Below are positions 60,093-64,000 of a stretch of DNA of 64,000 nucleotides, piece by piece; position 1 is the stretch's first letter, and the number at the start of each line of letters is the position of its first letter. A program made the position numbers and the translations under genes. The notes beneath the pieces were generated by a model. The model did no database searches, was not told the origin of the DNA, and worked only from the letters and a program-made list of their open reading frames with translations. Source of the DNA: an uncultured Thermococci archaeon (GTDB lineage Archaea > CAYQAE01 > CAYVLA01); contig CAZJVP010000020.1 of NCBI GenBank assembly GCA_964549615.1, positions 64,001-128,000 on the forward strand, written 5' to 3'.

Positions 60093-61706
60093 TTACCCAG
60101 GGCCCATCATCCCAGCCGCCTCATACGCGGACAGCCCGACCGTGTCTACGTTGGTGGCGAACCCGGGCCCGCCAGCAGCCACGTAGCCGTAGCTGGCGCC
60201 AAGCGGACTCGGTGTGATCCAGAAAGCATACAGCCGGCCCTCCTTGAGGCAAAACCGAAGCCGAACCGCCTTCCCGGCTAGGTCCGAGAGGTCCTCCCCC
60301 CCTTCCCATCGAACTTCGCGCAGGGTGGAATCGCACGAAACGGGGATACATCGGGCGAGCGAGAACGGTTCGATCACATTCCCCTTCCTGTCGAGCACTT
60401 CTACGCGGAGCTCGCCTTCCGCTGAGTCAACGTTGACGAAGAGGTGCCGTCCCTTGAACCTGACCATCCGGGTGACCAACGTGCCCCAGTCCTTGCCCGC
60501 ATCCATCGAGGCGAAGCCATCCCGTCGCAACACCGCTAGGCCCGTGCCGCATGCTCCCGACTTGGACGTGCCTCGCACCCCGGCTCGACCGCTCACGTAG
60601 AAGAAAAGCCGGTCGCCCACGACCAGGCAGCAGCCCCCAGCTGATTGAACGTTGCCCCAGTTCCAGTCACCATACCTCTCCGACACGGGGATGAACGGGG
60701 TGCGGACCGGCCGATGCCAGTGGAAACCGTCGCGGCTGAAGCCCACGACGATCTCGTTAATCTTAGGCCGGTCCGTTGGCTGGCCCCGCCAAACGCTGAA
60801 AAGCCCGAGCAACAGGCTCTCGTACGCGACGGCGTCTAGGTTGTAGAGCTCCGGCCTCGTCATCAGGCTGGGGTGCTGCAGGTCAAGGCCGTCAGCCCGC
60901 GTCCAGAGGGGAGGTTGGCCAGCTTCCCAACGGGCCCCCGCAAGAACGTCCCGGTTCTCCCAGTATCGGCGAAAACGCCCCATCGTATCGGGCTCGTAGT
61001 CTCGCAGGCTAAAGACCCAGACCCGGCGGAAAGGATTCCAGAAGACGGTCGTGCGATCGCCGCAGGGACCGCTCCGGGCCGCAGCATCGGACCAGTGGAT
61101 GCCATCCGCCGAGAAATGTATGGAGAGTCCCCAGGCGCCTTCGCGGTGGGAACGAAACATCTTGTAGCGCCGCGCCGGATCTGCCTCTTCCAGGTCCATC
61201 CATATCGTGACGGAATCCCGGTCTCCCCTATGGACGATGTTCGTGGGAGGACAAACGTCCAGCGACGGTTTTTCCCAGTGGATGCCGTCCCGCGAGACCG
61301 CATAGCAGGTCGAGCTGAAACCCGCCATGTACCACATCCTGAATGAGCTGGATTCAGGATCGTACCAGACGCCGTCGCTAAATACCATTGCAAGGGGGGA
61401 GTCGCTGTCGTTCTCCCAGAGCCTGTCAGGTTTCAGAACGGGATTGATGGGCAGATACTCCGCGGCGTGGAACGTTCGTCGGAGCGTCGTGTGCTCGATG
61501 AGAAAGTCGTCCACGAACAACTGGCGTCCGACGTCGATCGGGATGATCGCCGGAGGCCGAGCTAGGTAGGGGGGCAGCCCAGGATCCGAGGGAAGGGAAC
61601 GCCTTCCCGGCGGCCAGGTGCGGGGAAGCCGGATGCCGTTGTAGAGGGTCTGGCTTCCCGACTTGTTCGCTGTACGCACCGTTGTTCGTTTTCCCATGTC
61701 TTTCAT
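60093..61706 (-). CDS. GH32-like beta-propeller glycoside hydrolase-like protein
   Basis: GRQLFVDDFLI, Asp-boxes SRDGIHW / SADGIHW / SRDGFHW, LRRDGFAS, C-terminal beta sandwich. Confidence 0.7.
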   Translation of the reverse strand: MKDMGKRTTVRTANKSGSQTLYNGIRLPRTWPPGRRSLPSDPGLPPYLARPPAIIPIDVGRQLFVDDFLIEHTTLRRTFHAAEYLPINPVLKPDRLWENDSDSPLAMVFSDGVWYDPESSSFRMWYMAGFSSTCYAVSRDGIHWEKPSLDVCPPTNIVHRGDRDSVTIWMDLEEADPARRYKMFRSHREGAWGLSIHFSADGIHWSDAAARSGPCGDRTTVFWNPFRRVWVFSLRDYEPDTMGRFRRYWENRDVLAGARWEAGQPPLWTRADGLDLQHPSLMTRPELYNLDAVAYESLLLGLFSVWRGQPTDRPKINEIVVGFSRDGFHWHRPVRTPFIPVSERYGDWNWGNVQSAGGCCLVVGDRLFFYVSGRAGVRGTSKSGACGTGLAVLRRDGFASMDAGKDWGTLVTRMVRFKGRHLFVNVDSAEGELRVEVLDRKGNVIEPFSLARCIPVSCDSTLREVRWEGGEDLSDLAGKAVRLRFCLKEGRLYAFWITPSPLGASYGYVAAGGPGFATNVDTVGLSAYEAAGMMGPG

Positions 61707-61956
61707 CTCGTGTGGACCGGGGCGGACCGCACAACTCCCGATAGGTCTTGCTCGGGGCAGTACGGCATCTCTGGGCGGAGACTTGCACTGCGCCCTTTTA
61801 TAACCGTTGCGCGATCAAGCGATCAAGCAGCCGGACGGTCAAGGGATGGGACCGCGGGGTTCGGGATGCGGCCGGTTTGTCGCAAGCTTCATCGAGCCGG
61901 TATCTGAACAAGGACTGCGAGCCCGAAGTTCTATGCTCAGCCTAGCAGTTTTGAGC

Positions 61957-62643
61957 CTACGCCCGAAGATCGATGAGAACGAGCGCACGATTCAGCGGAA
62001 GCGAAACGTTGCATATGCGAATGCCGTCAAGGTAGGCTTCTTTTGTGCCATTGTGCGCATGGGCATGGACAACGACGGTCGGTCTTCTCTCTAGGATTAT
62101 GGACTCGAACCGCCGGGTCCCGAGCCATGGAAAGCTTGACTTGGCCTCACCCTCCAAGGTCAAGTAGGTGGGGGCATAGTGGGTCAGGAGGATCTTGATG
62201 CCAGCGGGTTGCTCAAGGAGCTTGCCTACGGTCAAGACCCTGGCACGATAGATGTCCGTGATGTGTGGGATGTTTCGCTTCTGCCAGCTTGTCGGCCTTT
62301 CCAGGCTCCCGGTGGACCCGACGATCAGGGTGTCTGTGCCCCCGATGTCGAGCCTGGTTGCCTCGTCATCGAGAAACTTGACGGAGGGGTTCTGGCTACG
62401 TATGGCGGGCCTGTCCTCCTGAAACTCGGTGTTGCCGAAGGCAGCGATGATCGGGCACGCGACCCGGCGGCGGATGATCGATACCACGGTAGAGTAATCG
62501 GTGACCGCCCCAGGCTTGAGGACATCCCCTGCGATGAGGAAGACGTCCGGATCCCGATCTAGCGATCCCAGGGAGGACTCGAGAAGGCCGGTGTAGAGGG
62601 GATGGTGCATGTCCCCGACGGCCGCGACCAGCAACTCCTGCAT
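61957..62643 (-). CDS. Calcineurin-like metallophosphoesterase
   Basis: GDMH, AGD, GNTE, LTHYAP, HAHAH. Confidence 0.88.
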   Translation of the reverse strand: MQELLVAAVGDMHHPLYTGLLESSLGSLDRDPDVFLIAGDVLKPGAVTDYSTVVSIIRRRVACPIIAAFGNTEFQEDRPAIRSQNPSVKFLDDEATRLDIGGTDTLIVGSTGSLERPTSWQKRNIPHITDIYRARVLTVGKLLEQPAGIKILLTHYAPTYLTLEGEAKSSFPWLGTRRFESIILERRPTVVVHAHAHNGTKEAYLDGIRICNVSLPLNRALVLIDLRA

Positions 62644-62658
62644 CCTCCCGGTCCATCG

Positions 62659-62823
62659 CTAGGAGGCAGACCGGGGACGGATGTATTCTCCCTTTCCCTC
62701 GACTTCCGCGATCTCTCGCTTGACGAACCTGAACATGACCGGTGCTCCACATCTCGGGCAGTTCAGCAGATTCGGCTTGATCCTCGCGTTGCACCGTCTG
62801 CACCATGGCACCGCTACCTTCAC
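62659..62823 (-). CDS. Small zinc-ribbon protein
   Basis: GTG start, PWCRRCN...NCPRCGAP, 54 aa. Confidence 0.6.
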   Translation of the reverse strand: MKVAVPWCRRCNARIKPNLLNCPRCGAPVMFRFVKREIAEVEGKGEYIRPRSAS

Positions 62824-62994
62824 CCGATCAACTCCGCCCCTCAGATGGCCAACCCAAAAAGAAAATGGTTTCTCAATATGCGAAGGGACGCCTCGGGGCA
62901 GCCCGGACCGAAGATAATCCCTTGCAGCGCTCCGCGCTGGCACCGGGCCGGGCCCAAGAAATATTAAAGAGAGTTTCCCCAGGACCCCGCCAAC

Positions 62995-63083
62995 GGGCCC
63001 GTAGTCTAGTGGTTGCCGGTCAGGCCACAGATGACGTCACCCTCACACGGTGAAGACCCGGGGTTCAAGTCCCCGCGGGCCCA
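62995..63083 (+). tRNA. tRNA-Val(CAC) with a 16-nt D-loop intron (63015-63030), CCA not encoded
   Basis: Acceptor GGGCCCG/CGGGCCC. Anticodon arm TCACC-CTCACAC-GGTGA. T-arm CGGGG-TTCAAGT-CCCCG. Splicing gives GTCT-AGTGGTTA-TGAC. AATATTAAAG lies upstream. Confidence 0.92.
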
Positions 63084-63201
63084 CTCATATCCTGCCGGAT
63101 AGGCACCTCCAAAGCACGCCCAGTCTCGCATCCAGCCTATCCTGCCGAACGGGCCGAGCCCACCCCGGGGACAGGCCTCCCTGAAAACCCCGCTCCACCC
63201 A

Positions 63202-64000
63202 TCACTGGTGCGGTGCCTCGGAATCCTGCACCAGCCTCCTTCCCCAAACCACGAGCAAGGTTGGAAGGACGAACATTGTGGCGACGAAGCTGTACGTGAT
63301 CGTCAGGGCTACGATCCCACCGAACTCCTTGACGGGCGGCAGCAGGGAAAACACGAGCAGGCCAAATCCCGCCACGGTCGTTGCCGCGGAGCCGAAGATG
63401 GCCGACCCTGTGTGGGTGACGCTCTCTTTGCAGGACTTGTAGGGGTCGCCCGATATGCGTATCTCTTCAGCGTAGCGATGGGACAGGTGTATGCCATATG
63501 TTATGCCCAGACCTATGGTCAGGGCGGACACGGTCACAGTCATGACGGTGTAGGGGATGCCAAGCGCGTACATGCTTCCCAGGATCCAGGCGCTGCACAG
63601 AAGCACGGGGGTGGTGGTGATGGCGCCCAAGACGATCGACCTCTCAGTCACCCAGAAGACGACAGTAAGGATCAGGAAGGAGGCCACTATGGTGATCACG
63701 AAGGACATCGTCATGCTTTCCTGCAGGCCGTCCAAGATCCGCCGGATCATGATCGAGGACCCTGTTACGCTTACCCTGTCAAGTATCCCCTTGCTCACCA
63801 AGGATCTGAGAGGCGCCGCATCCGACTCAAGTTCCTGGTAGAGAGCATCCGCGATGTCCCTGCTCGCAGACTTGATGCCTATCCTCATCACCGTGCTATC
63901 ATAGCGGCCCTCGGCATCCCGGTGCAGAAGGGCGCGGGCCATCGAGCTTGTGAGCCTGCCCTCGTACAGGTGATCGAGCAGCTCTGTGATGTTCTCGGCC
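63202..64000 (-). CDS. MMPL/RND family transporter, C-terminal part (start beyond window)
   Basis: VTGSSI, multiple TMs, TIGLGITYGIH..RY.EE, TG.AI.GSAATT.AGF..L. Confidence 0.88.
   Translation of the reverse strand, partial: AENITELLDHLYEGRLTSSMARALLHRDAEGRYDSTVMRIGIKSASRDIADALYQELESDAAPLRSLVSKGILDRVSVTGSSIMIRRILDGLQESMTMSFVITIVASFLILTVVFWVTERSIVLGAITTTPVLLCSAWILGSMYALGIPYTVMTVTVSALTIGLGITYGIHLSHRYAEEIRISGDPYKSCKESVTHTGSAIFGSAATTVAGFGLLVFSLLPPVKEFGGIVALTITYSFVATMFVLPTLLVVWGRRLVQDSEAPHQ

Overview
GC-rich archaeal chromosome segment. Archaeal markers are the CCA-adding enzyme, Tsr3, rpl40e, DUF2070, TATA-type promoters and BHB-type tRNA introns. rpl40e looks euryarchaeal, but the lineage cannot be fixed from this window. 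Housekeeping blocks lie at both ends: two divergent class III ribonucleotide reductases around a wHTH-thpR-cca operon, plus ilvE, gap, asnS, tRNA-Glu(CTC) and tRNA-Val(CAC). Both tRNAs carry non-canonical D-loop introns. Between them is a large accessory region with sugar-catabolic genes, an MNT-HEPN toxin-antitoxin pair and many membrane-anchored surface proteins. The most striking signal is a recurring cell-surface module set that I cannot match to a described system. (A) Five intact paralogs plus one pseudogene of a secreted GATase1-like protein with a helical stalk and a conserved Glu-containing C-terminal TM helix. (B+C) A two-gene cassette of unknown membrane proteins, present twice. (D) Three unrelated ectodomains (MBL fold, HTCS-type sensor propeller, clan GH-A glycosidase) that all end, after a TM helix, in the same cytoplasmic C-x8-C-x2-C-x11-C-x-K tail. 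All calls come from motif reading by eye; no database searches were run.
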